This document shows, piece by piece, positions 39,844 through 50,420 of a DNA stretch of 64,000 nt. The notes beneath the pieces are model-generated. The model ran no database searches, had not been told where the DNA came from, and worked only from the letters and a program-made list of their open reading frames with translations. This stretch comes from a virus. A program made the translations under genes and the position numbers. How positions within the stretch are numbered: the stretch's first letter is position 1; each line of letters starts with the position of its first letter. The DNA is taken from IMG/VR virus record IMGVR_UViG_3300031857_000025, one strand, 5' to 3'.

Positions 39844-41505
39844 ATGAATTTAGGTGAATGGCTAGTAGAACAAATCATAACTGAAGATACTAATATTAAA
39901 CAAATCATAGCTGTATACCCAGGACGTTTTCAACCATTTGGTCGTCATCATGCAGAAGCATTTCGCTGGTTACAAAAACAATTCGGCGCTAACAATGCAT
40001 TTGTAGTTACTAGTGATAAAGTGGAAAAACCTAAATCGCCATTTTCATTTGCTGATAAAAAACTTATAATCGGTCAGTATGGTATTAAAAATGTAATACA
40101 AGTTAAGAATCCATATAAAGCCGAAGAGTTATTATCACAATACGATCCAGCCACTACTGCGGTAGTATTTATGGTTGGTGATAAGGATATGCAAGAAGAT
40201 CCTAGATTCCGTATTGGTAAACTTAAGTCTGGTAAAGATTCTTATTTCCAAGATTATAAAACACATAAAAACAATATGGTCGGATATGACCAACATGGAT
40301 ACTTAATTGTAGCACCTCATGTATCATTAAACATTCCAGGATATGGAGAAATGTCAGGAACGGCATTAAGAGCTGCATTAAAAAACGGTACACCAGAAAC
40401 ATTTAAAAAAATATTAGGATGGGATGATATGAAGTTAGTTGATTTAGTAAAAGATCGTTTATCAGAAGGACTGATAACAGAAGGTGGTGCTGGTGGACAC
40501 ATGGCACATCCATTTGATATTGATTGGGTAAAGACTGGAAAGGATCTAGTTAAAGTATTTGTACAGTCAGCTGAATACCTAAAGAAAGGACCAGCCTCTG
40601 TTAAAATTGATGGCGTAAATGCTAGTATTCGTTTAGTAGATGTCGATGGTAAAAAAGTGTTTGTAATGGACCGCGGTTCTAATAAACCATTAGATGTTAA
40701 AGGTATTACAAAAGCTGATTTAGAAGATCGTTTTGGTGTGGGCCATGGTATGATTATTATTGGTGGAAAAGTATTAGATATATTTAATGACGCATTACCA
40801 GATATTACGCCAATGCTTAAGAAATTAGGAATGTGGGACAATCCAAATATTTTGTTTAATATTGAATATGTAGCTGGTAGTACTAATGTATTATCATATA
40901 ATAAAAACTTCTTAGCTATACACGGATTGCTAGAAATTGAACAAGTAACTCCAAAGCGTAGAGCTACTAAAGAGATTTCATATAATAAAAAAGCATTGCA
41001 AGACTTATTAAATGCTTTAGCTCCGACTGCTAATGAAAATGGATATGAGGTATTAGGATCAGTTCCTACTACATTAGATTCAGATCCGGACTTTCAAGGC
41101 GAATTAGCAAAGAAATATACTGTTATTGTTAATGGTAAAAAAGTATCAAAGACATTGAGCCAATGGTTAGCTACTGCTACTAATCAAAAAGAAACTATGA
41201 TTAAATTAGCAGATGGTAAAACGGTAGGTGCTCAAAGTAAACAAATATTAATGGCAATTGCAGATAAAAAGGATGTAGCCGAGTTAGTAGCAGATCCTGC
41301 AGATCAACAAAAAGCAATTGACGGATTTGTTATGTATTTAGCTACTATGGAACTAGGAAATGCAGTACTAGAAGCATTAAGTTCTCCACTAGGTCCAGTA
41401 CGTGAACATGAAGGTATTGTAATACGTGATCCTAAAATATACAGTAAACCATTTAAGATTACTGGTAGATTCATAGTTAAAGGATTAGAATCATCTTTTA
41501 GATAA
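39844..41505 (+). CDS. HxGH-family nucleotidyltransferase fused to a ligase-like domain
   Basis: YPGRFQPFGRHH and MSGTALR in the N-half; KIDG, IEY, EGIVIR, FKITG in the C-half. Confidence 0.65.
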   Translation: MNLGEWLVEQIITEDTNIKQIIAVYPGRFQPFGRHHAEAFRWLQKQFGANNAFVVTSDKVEKPKSPFSFADKKLIIGQYGIKNVIQVKNPYKAEELLSQYDPATTAVVFMVGDKDMQEDPRFRIGKLKSGKDSYFQDYKTHKNNMVGYDQHGYLIVAPHVSLNIPGYGEMSGTALRAALKNGTPETFKKILGWDDMKLVDLVKDRLSEGLITEGGAGGHMAHPFDIDWVKTGKDLVKVFVQSAEYLKKGPASVKIDGVNASIRLVDVDGKKVFVMDRGSNKPLDVKGITKADLEDRFGVGHGMIIIGGKVLDIFNDALPDITPMLKKLGMWDNPNILFNIEYVAGSTNVLSYNKNFLAIHGLLEIEQVTPKRRATKEISYNKKALQDLLNALAPTANENGYEVLGSVPTTLDSDPDFQGELAKKYTVIVNGKKVSKTLSQWLATATNQKETMIKLADGKTVGAQSKQILMAIADKKDVAELVADPADQQKAIDGFVMYLATMELGNAVLEALSSPLGPVREHEGIVIRDPKIYSKPFKITGRFIVKGLESSFR

Positions 41506-41531
41506 TATTTATACAATATAAAAGGAACAAT

Positions 41532-42074
41532 ATGACAGAAAAACAATTACGTGAAGCAATTCGTAAGGAAATACGTAGCCAAATAAGTGAAGCGGATACT
41601 GATTTTTTAAACAAAATTGGTAGCAACTTAAGATCTAAATTAGGATCTGCAAAAACTCAGTTAAACGTTGGTTTAGGTAAAATTGACCCAAAACGTATTG
41701 CTAGTATGACACCGGAACAAAAGGCTGAATTAACTGCACAATTAACACAGCAGTTAGGATTAACGGCAAAAGATTTTAATACTATCAAACAACGTATTGC
41801 TCGTAAATTAGGAGCGGCTGAAAAGTTAACAACAACTGAGAGTATAATTAATGAGTTAGATATGGATACACCAGAATCTAAAGTATCTTCTGGATTATCA
41901 CAACGATCAGATCGAGTTAAAGAAACTGCTGCGTTTAAGCAGATGGTAAAGATGTTAGAAAATAAGCCAGCTACGGAACAAGCTAATTTTGTATTAGAAT
42001 TATTACAAGGTTTACCATTAGATGAAGCAGCTAAACGTATGTTACGCATGCGTATTAAAACCGAGTTAAAATAA
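41532..42074 (+). CDS. hypothetical, putative internal head protein
   Basis: LREAIRKEIRSQISE leader; ATATTTAT 41505-41512 upstream. Confidence 0.6.
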   Translation: MTEKQLREAIRKEIRSQISEADTDFLNKIGSNLRSKLGSAKTQLNVGLGKIDPKRIASMTPEQKAELTAQLTQQLGLTAKDFNTIKQRIARKLGAAEKLTTTESIINELDMDTPESKVSSGLSQRSDRVKETAAFKQMVKMLENKPATEQANFVLELLQGLPLDEAAKRMLRMRIKTELK

Positions 42075-42075
42075 T

Positions 42076-42678
42076 ATGTCAAATAAGTTACAAAACACAA
42101 AAGCTTTAAAAGAGCTATTATCTGGCCAACACAAAAGTCAAACCAGAACTAGTTACGGTTACACTAGTACATCAACTGAAAAACATAATGTAGGTGATGT
42201 ATGGACAGAAACAGATCCTAAAACAGGAACTGTATGGAGATTTGAACAGAAGGATGGATATCGTACAAAAACTGTTGATAATAGTATTTTAGATACAATA
42301 CGTAAATCATTAGCAGTTCCAGATAAATGTCCTTGTTGTAATGGTAATATGCGAGATCATGAAAAGCAGTTACATTTCAAAATGTATTTCATGCATAAAA
42401 AATGCTTTTCATGTGTATTAAAGGAAGAACATGCTATTCGATTACAAGGTACGGAGGCATGGGAACAGTATAGTAAACAGCGTATGTTAGCAAATGCAGA
42501 AGCATGGTTTACTGATGCAGATAAAGAAGTGGCATTATTACGTGAAGCGGTTAAATTACAATTTGCACAAAATGCGGACGGTCGTATGGAAGAATGGGAC
42601 CAATCAGCATTTTTAGAAAAATTTGATAGTGATTATATCAAACTTAAAGAACAAATATTAAACGACCTTAAAGGATAA
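42076..42678 (+). CDS. hypothetical Zn-binding protein
   Basis: CPCC...CFSC. Confidence 0.6.
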   Translation: MSNKLQNTKALKELLSGQHKSQTRTSYGYTSTSTEKHNVGDVWTETDPKTGTVWRFEQKDGYRTKTVDNSILDTIRKSLAVPDKCPCCNGNMRDHEKQLHFKMYFMHKKCFSCVLKEEHAIRLQGTEAWEQYSKQRMLANAEAWFTDADKEVALLREAVKLQFAQNADGRMEEWDQSAFLEKFDSDYIKLKEQILNDLKG

Positions 42679-42679
42679 G

Positions 42680-44062
42680 ATGGCAAAAGGACGATCAATT
42701 AGTAAAATATCTAAAGAGCTTGAGACATTAGTCGATAAAATGAAAAAGAAGGCCAAAGAGTTTGCAGAAGCCGATGGTGCTAAGAAGCAAAAAATTACCA
42801 ACGAGTTAAAGAAAATGACATTTGATAAAAAAATGTTAGAAAAAGAACTTGAATCATCTGTTGCTGAATTAGATAAAAATGCTCAATTACAAGTTGATGA
42901 ACGTGTTATATTATCCAATGCCATTAAAAAAATAGTCGAGCAAGAAATTAAGTTTTTTTTTCCTAATAGATACACCCGACGTAAACTACAAAAACTGACA
43001 GAATCTACAGTAGTGTTAGAAAGTCAGGCTAAGCGAGTAGCAAAATCATTAAAACGCGGTATGTCTGAATCCCAATGGACCAACTTAGTAAATTTTGTAC
43101 AGCCTGTAATGGGTGTTAATGAAGTTGGCGCTGTATCAGATGATGTTGTAGCTAAGGCAATTGCTCAAATTGCTAAAGAAGCAACAAAAGGAAAAGTAAC
43201 TGTTGATCCAAATAAAATTAATGTAGATGCATTAGAGGATCCCAAGTCAATAGATTCAAAAGATGATGTTATTGATGAAGGATTACTTATGGAGATGGGG
43301 CCATTAGAAACTGGATTATTAGCTGCTCCTACCTTACTAAAATTTTTAGGAAATATAGTCGATTGGATTGGCGGATTAACTTTTGGTGATGAAAAATCTA
43401 GATCTATACGTCGTATTATAGGTCGTATGTACGAGTATGCTAAGAAAAACAAAGAAATACCGTCAAAAGCTGACATGGTAAAGCAACTAGGTGGTACAGT
43501 TAAAGGTATGTTACAAGGTGTATCATTTGAAGCAGATAAAAAGTATATTGATGATGCATATGCATATCTTGGTCAAACGATAGAAAAAAGTCATAAGTCA
43601 GATGATCATGCAGTAAGTTTTGATAGTAGTGGAGCATCAGCACAACCAGTCGATGAACACATGTTACATGTTATACATGATGCATCCGCAGATACAAAAT
43701 TAGGTAAATGGCTTAAAAATACGGCTCATGAAATGCATGATGCATATTTAATACCATTAAGGGCAGTTATTTCAGGCGTAATGTTATTAGGAGATCCGAG
43801 TAATTTTTTACGTGTAAAGAAAGTATGGGAGACTTCTAAACGTGTAGCAGATGTAATCTATACTATAGGTATGTTTTTTATTGCTATTGATGGTGGAATG
43901 CATGCAATTGACCAAGTAGTTGAGGCATTACCAGAAATCAAAGCTACTGCATCAGCGGCTGGTCAATCCGGAACTATATTTACAGCAGTAGCCGATTCTA
44001 TTAAAGCTGGTGATATGTCAGTAGCTATATTGAAAGGTGTATTGGAAAAGGCATTAGCATAA
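42680..44062 (+). CDS. hypothetical protein, hydrophobic C-terminus
   Basis: 460 aa; several LxE sites. Confidence 0.6.
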   Translation: MAKGRSISKISKELETLVDKMKKKAKEFAEADGAKKQKITNELKKMTFDKKMLEKELESSVAELDKNAQLQVDERVILSNAIKKIVEQEIKFFFPNRYTRRKLQKLTESTVVLESQAKRVAKSLKRGMSESQWTNLVNFVQPVMGVNEVGAVSDDVVAKAIAQIAKEATKGKVTVDPNKINVDALEDPKSIDSKDDVIDEGLLMEMGPLETGLLAAPTLLKFLGNIVDWIGGLTFGDEKSRSIRRIIGRMYEYAKKNKEIPSKADMVKQLGGTVKGMLQGVSFEADKKYIDDAYAYLGQTIEKSHKSDDHAVSFDSSGASAQPVDEHMLHVIHDASADTKLGKWLKNTAHEMHDAYLIPLRAVISGVMLLGDPSNFLRVKKVWETSKRVADVIYTIGMFFIAIDGGMHAIDQVVEALPEIKATASAAGQSGTIFTAVADSIKAGDMSVAILKGVLEKALA

Positions 44063-44083
44063 TAATAAATTAACTAGAGTTAC

Positions 44084-45667
44084 ATGGCACAGAAAAGTTT
44101 ACGTGAAATAATTTCAGAAGAATACAAACGTTGTGCAGTGGATCCTATCCATTTCATGCGCAAGTATTGTATTATTCAACATCCCACAAAAGGTAAAATG
44201 TATTTTAACCTTTATCCATTTCAGGAAGAGGTATTAACATCCTTACAACATAACCGATATAGTGTAATACTTAAATCGCGTCAGTTAGGTATATCAACAG
44301 TAACTGCTGGTTATGTGTTATGGGCAATGCTGTTTAAATCAGATTATAATGTATTAGTTATTGCAACTACTCAAGACGTTGCTAAAAACTTGGTTACAAA
44401 GATACGTGTAATGCACGAAAATCTTCCTAGTTGGTTAAAGGGTACGTCTATTGAAGATAACAAATTATCCTTACGCTTTAAGAACGGTTCTCAAGTTAAA
44501 GCTGTATCAAGTACTGGTACTGCCGGTCGTTCTGAAGCATTATCTCTTTTAGTAATTGATGAGGCAGCGTTTATTAGAAACATTGATGAAATATGGACAT
44601 CGGCTCAACAAACACTTGCGACAGGTGGTGGATGTATTTCTTTATCTACTCCTAATGGTACTGGTAATTGGTTTCATAAAATTTGGTCAGATGCGGAAGC
44701 GGGTGGTCAATTTCATCCGATAAAACTGCATTGGACAGTACATCCAGATCGTGATGACAAATGGAGAGTTCAACAGACAGAGTTGTTAGGAGAAAAACAA
44801 GCAGCCCAAGAATGTGATTGTGACTTTATATCATCAGGACATACTGTTATTGACGGTCCTATTCTGCAATGGTATGAACAAACATATATTAAAGAGCCAA
44901 TAGAAAAACGTGGATTTGATAGTAATTATTGGGTATGGGAATATCCAGAATACGGTACTAACAAAAGCTATGCAGTTGTAGCTGACGTTGCCCGAGGCGA
45001 TGGAGCAGACTATTCAGCTTTCCATGTTATAGAAATCAATTCAATGACTCAAGTAGCTGAATATCGTGGTAAGATAGGAACAACTGATTACGGTAATATG
45101 CTTGTATCTGTAGCAACTGAATATGATAATGCCTTACTAGTAATTGAAAATGCTAATATAGGATGGGCAGTACTACAAGTAGCGATAGATCGTAATTACA
45201 ATAACTTATATTATTCATATCGTTCAGATGCATATGTAGATGAAAATGTACATTTAGCAAAAGGATATGATTTGAAAAGTAAGTCAGATAAAGTTCCTGG
45301 CTTTTCAATGAATTCAAAAACTCGTCCACTTGTAATATCTAAACTAGAAACATATTTTCGTGAAAAAAGTCCAGTAGTACGTAGTAAACGATTAATAGAT
45401 GAACTGTTAGTATTTATATGGACTGGTCAACGTGCAGAAGCACAAAGAGGTTATAATGATGACTTGGTAATGTCCTTTGGTACCGCTTTATGGGTACGTG
45501 ATACAGCACTTCGTCTACATCAACAAGGTATAGATTTATCTAGAAAAACGTTAGGTCATTTTGGCAAGACTACCCCGGGTGTATATAGTAGTAATAATAC
45601 TGCTGCTAATAATAGTTGGTCATGGGGTACAGCTAATGGAAACGAGAGCCTTACCTGGCTTATCTAA
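44084..45667 (+). CDS. terL: terminase large subunit (gp17-like)
   Basis: LYPFQ, KSRQLGIS, LLVIDEAAF, STPNG, ADVARGDGADYS, YNDDLVMS. Confidence 0.95.
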   Translation: MAQKSLREIISEEYKRCAVDPIHFMRKYCIIQHPTKGKMYFNLYPFQEEVLTSLQHNRYSVILKSRQLGISTVTAGYVLWAMLFKSDYNVLVIATTQDVAKNLVTKIRVMHENLPSWLKGTSIEDNKLSLRFKNGSQVKAVSSTGTAGRSEALSLLVIDEAAFIRNIDEIWTSAQQTLATGGGCISLSTPNGTGNWFHKIWSDAEAGGQFHPIKLHWTVHPDRDDKWRVQQTELLGEKQAAQECDCDFISSGHTVIDGPILQWYEQTYIKEPIEKRGFDSNYWVWEYPEYGTNKSYAVVADVARGDGADYSAFHVIEINSMTQVAEYRGKIGTTDYGNMLVSVATEYDNALLVIENANIGWAVLQVAIDRNYNNLYYSYRSDAYVDENVHLAKGYDLKSKSDKVPGFSMNSKTRPLVISKLETYFREKSPVVRSKRLIDELLVFIWTGQRAEAQRGYNDDLVMSFGTALWVRDTALRLHQQGIDLSRKTLGHFGKTTPGVYSSNNTAANNSWSWGTANGNESLTWLI

Positions 45668-45689
45668 TATTTATTAATAAATAGAACTT

Positions 45690-47591
45690 ATGGCAGATAC
45701 TTCACTACAAGCTAGACTTAAACGACTGTTTTCAACTAATGTCGTTGTGCGTAGAATAGCAAAAAACCGTTTAAAGGCTATTGATACTAATAAGTTACAA
45801 TCAAACGGTTCATTGTCAACAACTGCATATATAGATCGTTTTGCCGGTCTACATAGAGGTCAAGGAGGCCAGTCAGTTTACAATGGTACATATAACTTTC
45901 ATCAATCTAAAGTAGAATTATTTTCAGATTATGAGGCTATGGATTTAGATCCTATTATCGCATCGGCATTAGACATATATGCAGATGAAAGTACAGTTAA
46001 AGATTCGGAAGGTGATACTTTAACAATATCATCGCCTAATAATGAAATACGTAAAGTACTTCATAATTTGTTTTATGATATACTTAATATAGATTATAAT
46101 TTATGGCCATGGATACGTAATGCTTGTAAGTATGGAGACTTTTATCTTTATCTAGATATTGAAGATGAGTTAGGAGTTATTAATGTAATTCCAATGTCTG
46201 CATATGAAATGGTACGTGAAGAAGGATATGATCAAGAAAATCCATATGCATATCGATTTGTAATGCAAGGTGCTCATACTACTACTAGACATTTTGCGGG
46301 TACCGGAGGACAAAATCCACGTAATGAATTTGAAAATTACCAAATAGCTCATTTCCGTTTATTATCAGATACTAATTTCTTACCATATGGTAAATCAATG
46401 ATTGAACCAGCACGTAAGATTTTTAAACAACTTACGTTGATGGAAGATGCTATGTTAATACATCGTATTATGAGAGCACCAGAACGTCGTATTTTTAAAA
46501 TTGATGTCGGTAATATACCACCTAACGAAGTTGATAGTTATATGCAACAGATTATCAACAAGATGAAAAAGACCCCGTATATTGATGAAACAACTGGGCA
46601 ATATAATTTAAAGTTTAATATACAAAACATGATGGAAGACTATTATCTTCCGGTACGTGGTGGAGATTCGGGAACAGCTATTGATACATTATCTGGATTA
46701 AGTTCGGATGGTCAGATTGAAGATATTGAATACTTACGTAATAAAATGCATGCCGCTCTTAAAATACCTAAAGCATTTTTAGGATATGATGAAGGTGTAG
46801 AAGGTAAAGCTACTTTAGCGGCTGAAGATGTACGTTTTGCTAGAACTATTGAACGTATACAAAAAATATTCGTATCAGAGTTAACTAAAATTGCTATTGT
46901 ACATTTATATGCACAAGGATTCCGTGATGAAGATTTGGTTAATTTTAGTTTATCACTAACTAACCCATCATTAATATATGAAAAGCAAAAAATTGAATCT
47001 CTTAATGAAAAGGTAAGTTTGGCCGGTAATCTTAAAGAGACTACCATGTTTTCAGAAAAATATATTTATGAAAATGTATTTGGATTAAGTGAAGAAGAAT
47101 GGCAAGCTGAACGTGAATTAGTTATTGAGGACTTAAAACAAGACTTCCGTAAGGAACAAATTAAGTCAGAAGGTAATGATCCAAAGAAAACTAATATGAG
47201 TTTTGGTACACCTCATGATATTGCTAGTATGCACGTTGCTAATAAAGGTGGATTGTTACCAGGTATGGAGCAAGAACATGTAGCCGGGCCAGGAAGACCT
47301 CAAGAGCCAGGTACTTGGGGTAGCCATGCAAGTCCGCATGGAAGAGATCCATTAGGTATTAAAGATTTAGGTAAAACATTTACTACTGATAAATCACCAT
47401 TACAACATAATTTCCGTGGTGGTAGTGCATTAAGTACGGAGCATATTGATACTAAAGCTATAATAAAATCAATGGCTAGTAAAGTAAAAACAAAACAAGT
47501 ATTAAAAGAGTCATTAGATATTGAGATTAAAAATGATGATGCTGGTACTATGTTAGATGAAAACAATTTACTAGATATAAATTTAACATAA
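45690..47591 (+). CDS. portal protein (gp20-like)
   Basis: LMEDAMLIHRIMRAPERRIFKIDVGN, EDYYLPVRGG, ALKIPK; ATATTTAT 45667-45674 upstream. Confidence 0.95.
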   Translation: MADTSLQARLKRLFSTNVVVRRIAKNRLKAIDTNKLQSNGSLSTTAYIDRFAGLHRGQGGQSVYNGTYNFHQSKVELFSDYEAMDLDPIIASALDIYADESTVKDSEGDTLTISSPNNEIRKVLHNLFYDILNIDYNLWPWIRNACKYGDFYLYLDIEDELGVINVIPMSAYEMVREEGYDQENPYAYRFVMQGAHTTTRHFAGTGGQNPRNEFENYQIAHFRLLSDTNFLPYGKSMIEPARKIFKQLTLMEDAMLIHRIMRAPERRIFKIDVGNIPPNEVDSYMQQIINKMKKTPYIDETTGQYNLKFNIQNMMEDYYLPVRGGDSGTAIDTLSGLSSDGQIEDIEYLRNKMHAALKIPKAFLGYDEGVEGKATLAAEDVRFARTIERIQKIFVSELTKIAIVHLYAQGFRDEDLVNFSLSLTNPSLIYEKQKIESLNEKVSLAGNLKETTMFSEKYIYENVFGLSEEEWQAERELVIEDLKQDFRKEQIKSEGNDPKKTNMSFGTPHDIASMHVANKGGLLPGMEQEHVAGPGRPQEPGTWGSHASPHGRDPLGIKDLGKTFTTDKSPLQHNFRGGSALSTEHIDTKAIIKSMASKVKTKQVLKESLDIEIKNDDAGTMLDENNLLDINLT

Positions 47592-47636
47592 TAACTATAT
47601 TTATTAAAAAGATACGTACAAACAGGATGTATAAAC

Positions 47637-48485
47637 ATGAGTAAGATTAAACATGCGAAAGTAAAGAATACTGGTTTAATTTTTGAGTTACTCGTACGCC
47701 AAGTAGCATCGGATACTATGAACAATAAAGATTCGGCAGCACTTCGTATAATTAAAAGAAATTTTAGAAAGAACTCAGAATTATCAAAAGAGTTAAAATT
47801 ATACCGTTCTTTACATGAAGAAACGTTTAACTCACAGCGTAAAGCAGAAATGTTTTTAGAAGCAGTACTTCGTACAAAACGCAGTATTAACGAAACAGCT
47901 TTAAAGCGTGAAAAATATAATTTAATAAAAGAAATACGTAACAATTATAACATTGAAGATTTTTTCAAATCACGTGTTAATAATTATAAACTACATGCTT
48001 CGATTTATAAATTATTTGAATTTGCAGAATCAGATGATCCAAAAGAATATGTAGAAAATCGATTTTCATTAACCGAATATATTTGTACAGTACGTAAGAC
48101 AGATACTGAAGCAGTACCGGTATTAACTAATGAAGATAAAGATGTTCGATTATTAGCATCTAAATTAATCATTGATCGTTTTAACGAAAAATATGCTACA
48201 TTAAACGAATCACAAAAACGTTTACTACGCGAATATATTAATAATGTAACTAACTCAGTGACACTTAAACAGTTTATTGTTAAAGAATCTGCTATGTTAC
48301 GTGATACTATTAATAAACTAAAAACTACAGTACCTAGCAAAGTTATACGTATCAAATTAAATGAAGTCGCTAATTTATTAACTACAATGAGCCGTCGTAA
48401 TAATATCGAAGATAAAGATATATTAACAATGCTTCGTTACTATGAATTAGTAGAAGAACTTAAAAGCATTAAAGGAGCAAAATGA
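47637..48485 (+). CDS. conserved head-module hypothetical protein
   Basis: KNTGLIFELL; FNEKYATLNESQK; located between portal and protease. Confidence 0.65.
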   Translation: MSKIKHAKVKNTGLIFELLVRQVASDTMNNKDSAALRIIKRNFRKNSELSKELKLYRSLHEETFNSQRKAEMFLEAVLRTKRSINETALKREKYNLIKEIRNNYNIEDFFKSRVNNYKLHASIYKLFEFAESDDPKEYVENRFSLTEYICTVRKTDTEAVPVLTNEDKDVRLLASKLIIDRFNEKYATLNESQKRLLREYINNVTNSVTLKQFIVKESAMLRDTINKLKTTVPSKVIRIKLNEVANLLTTMSRRNNIEDKDILTMLRYYELVEELKSIKGAK

Positions 48486-48784
48486 GTTTTTATCCTGGAT
48501 ATACAGCCACAGAACAAAATCAATTTACTAGACTAGGGCATCCTGGTAAGTATGTGTCATCGTATTTATATACTAGTGGTCAAGTAGACTTTACTGGTAG
48601 TAATTATGGATATGGTAGTATTATTGTTAAGACACCTGGTAATGCAACCGCTAGTTTATCGGACGGCGGAGAAATTATATTAAATGACTTAACAGCCGGT
48701 GTTATATATGACTTGTCAGTGAGACAGATTAAAGGTGGATCGGCTAGTGTTATTTACGTACTAAAGCGTCAAACAGGATTCTAA
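48482..48784 (+). CDS. small virion structural protein
   Basis: Beta-rich, 100 aa; AGGAG SD. Confidence 0.6.
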   Translation: MSFYPGYTATEQNQFTRLGHPGKYVSSYLYTSGQVDFTGSNYGYGSIIVKTPGNATASLSDGGEIILNDLTAGVIYDLSVRQIKGGSASVIYVLKRQTGF

Positions 48785-48785
48785 T

Positions 48786-49607
48786 ATGGGCCTACGTAAA
48801 GATATAGAAAAGAATTTTCGTCGGTTAATGGAAGCAGTAGACCGCGTTTCTGATAAAGAAGCCAACACGGATTTTGAAGACTTGGACGATAAAGATTTAG
48901 ACAATGATGGCGATACTGATAGTTCAGATCGATATCTAAAAAAGCGTTTAAGTAAAGTTGCTAAAATGGACGAAGAAGAAGAGTTAGATGAAATGTCTAC
49001 GACTGCAGGTGTACCTGGCTATGATTCGCCAATGGCATTTGGTAAAGCTGATGATGATACTATTGAAGCTGATGGTTGGAAAAAAACTCCTAAGACAAAT
49101 AAATTCTTTAAACGTATGGAAAGTAAAACATCTGATTATAAAAAAATGATGTCCGAAATGTACGGTGTTAACCCTAGTATTACAGAATCTAGTAATCCAG
49201 AAATGGATAAGTTAGTTACGGCATTTGTTGATAAGATAGCGGATAGAAATGGGTATCCAACATCAGAAGCTATCATATCAATATTTGAAGCACTTAAGCG
49301 AAAAGGATTTTTACATAAAAGCGTTGAATACAAATCACCTTCAGGCTATAGTATTGATGAAGCAGTATCATATCGTGAATACAAAAAAGATGAATCTGCT
49401 ACACCATCACAAAAGGTAAACAAAAGTATTATGGAAGTTAATCGTATGTTAGCTGAAATAGAACGAGTAGTAGCACATAACTTAAAATTAAAAAATGAAT
49501 CTGGTGTTAATTCTGGACAATTCTGGAAATCAACAGGGGCTCGTTTTTCAAAAATTAACGAACGTATAGTTCGTATTTCAAATAGATTAAAGGAATTATC
49601 AAAATGA
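48786..49607 (+). CDS. putative internal head/core protein with DxDxDG loop
   Basis: RRLME leader; DKDLDNDGDTDSSD; multiple I/LxE sites. Confidence 0.6.
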   Translation: MGLRKDIEKNFRRLMEAVDRVSDKEANTDFEDLDDKDLDNDGDTDSSDRYLKKRLSKVAKMDEEEELDEMSTTAGVPGYDSPMAFGKADDDTIEADGWKKTPKTNKFFKRMESKTSDYKKMMSEMYGVNPSITESSNPEMDKLVTAFVDKIADRNGYPTSEAIISIFEALKRKGFLHKSVEYKSPSGYSIDEAVSYREYKKDESATPSQKVNKSIMEVNRMLAEIERVVAHNLKLKNESGVNSGQFWKSTGARFSKINERIVRISNRLKELSK

Positions 49608-50419
49608 GTAATTTTTTAGATTGGCGTGATTATACAAGACAGCCACATATCAAACAATTAATTGAAACAAAAGGCGTTGAAGCTGCCCGTATACAATTCG
49701 TAAAAGAAAGTAATAAGGCATTATGGGATGATCCATTTATTATAAACGAATCATATGAATCACCTGGTACGTCGGTATCATCTAATAATTCAGCTGCGGT
49801 CGGTACTAATCCACAGTTGATTAGCGTAACAGCTGAAACTCAGAGCTTTGCATGGGCATCTGGATTGACTAATAATATTACCGGTTCTAATCATCCGACA
49901 AGTGCTAGTATACATGAATATTATTTTGATGTAACTGCTTATAACGGAGGAGTTGACTATACATATGACCACGTTGATACATTTAAAAAATTCAGATTTT
50001 TAATTGTATCTGGAGCAGCTGGATATACATATAGTAATACAACTGGTTTAGCAGGATTAATTACTGCATCTTATACAAGATCTGAAACTGGTAATATTAC
50101 TGGTAGTTTGTTAAACAGATTTAAAGATGCCGTTAATACCCAAGCCGCCGGAGCAGTAGTTGCTGGATTTACAAATACAATCGCACCAGCTGATTTATTT
50201 ACTGTAACATTAACAGCAGGAAGTGGCTCTTTGACAATTGAACATGACAATGAAGGTGGTGTACCGGATCCATATACAAACTTTATATCAGCTACAGCAT
50301 CAATCACAGTAACTACAAACGGTACAGATAAGATATATGATGAGACAGGTACGTATTATGATACAATTTTAGTAGATGGTGCTGTGTATCCATATACATC
50401 ATTAACTCGTAAAGGATAA
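49604..50419 (+). CDS. virion structural protein
   Basis: Thr/Ser/Gly-rich; head module. Confidence 0.6.
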   Translation: MSNFLDWRDYTRQPHIKQLIETKGVEAARIQFVKESNKALWDDPFIINESYESPGTSVSSNNSAAVGTNPQLISVTAETQSFAWASGLTNNITGSNHPTSASIHEYYFDVTAYNGGVDYTYDHVDTFKKFRFLIVSGAAGYTYSNTTGLAGLITASYTRSETGNITGSLLNRFKDAVNTQAAGAVVAGFTNTIAPADLFTVTLTAGSGSLTIEHDNEGGVPDPYTNFISATASITVTTNGTDKIYDETGTYYDTILVDGAVYPYTSLTRKG

Positions 50420-50420
50420 T

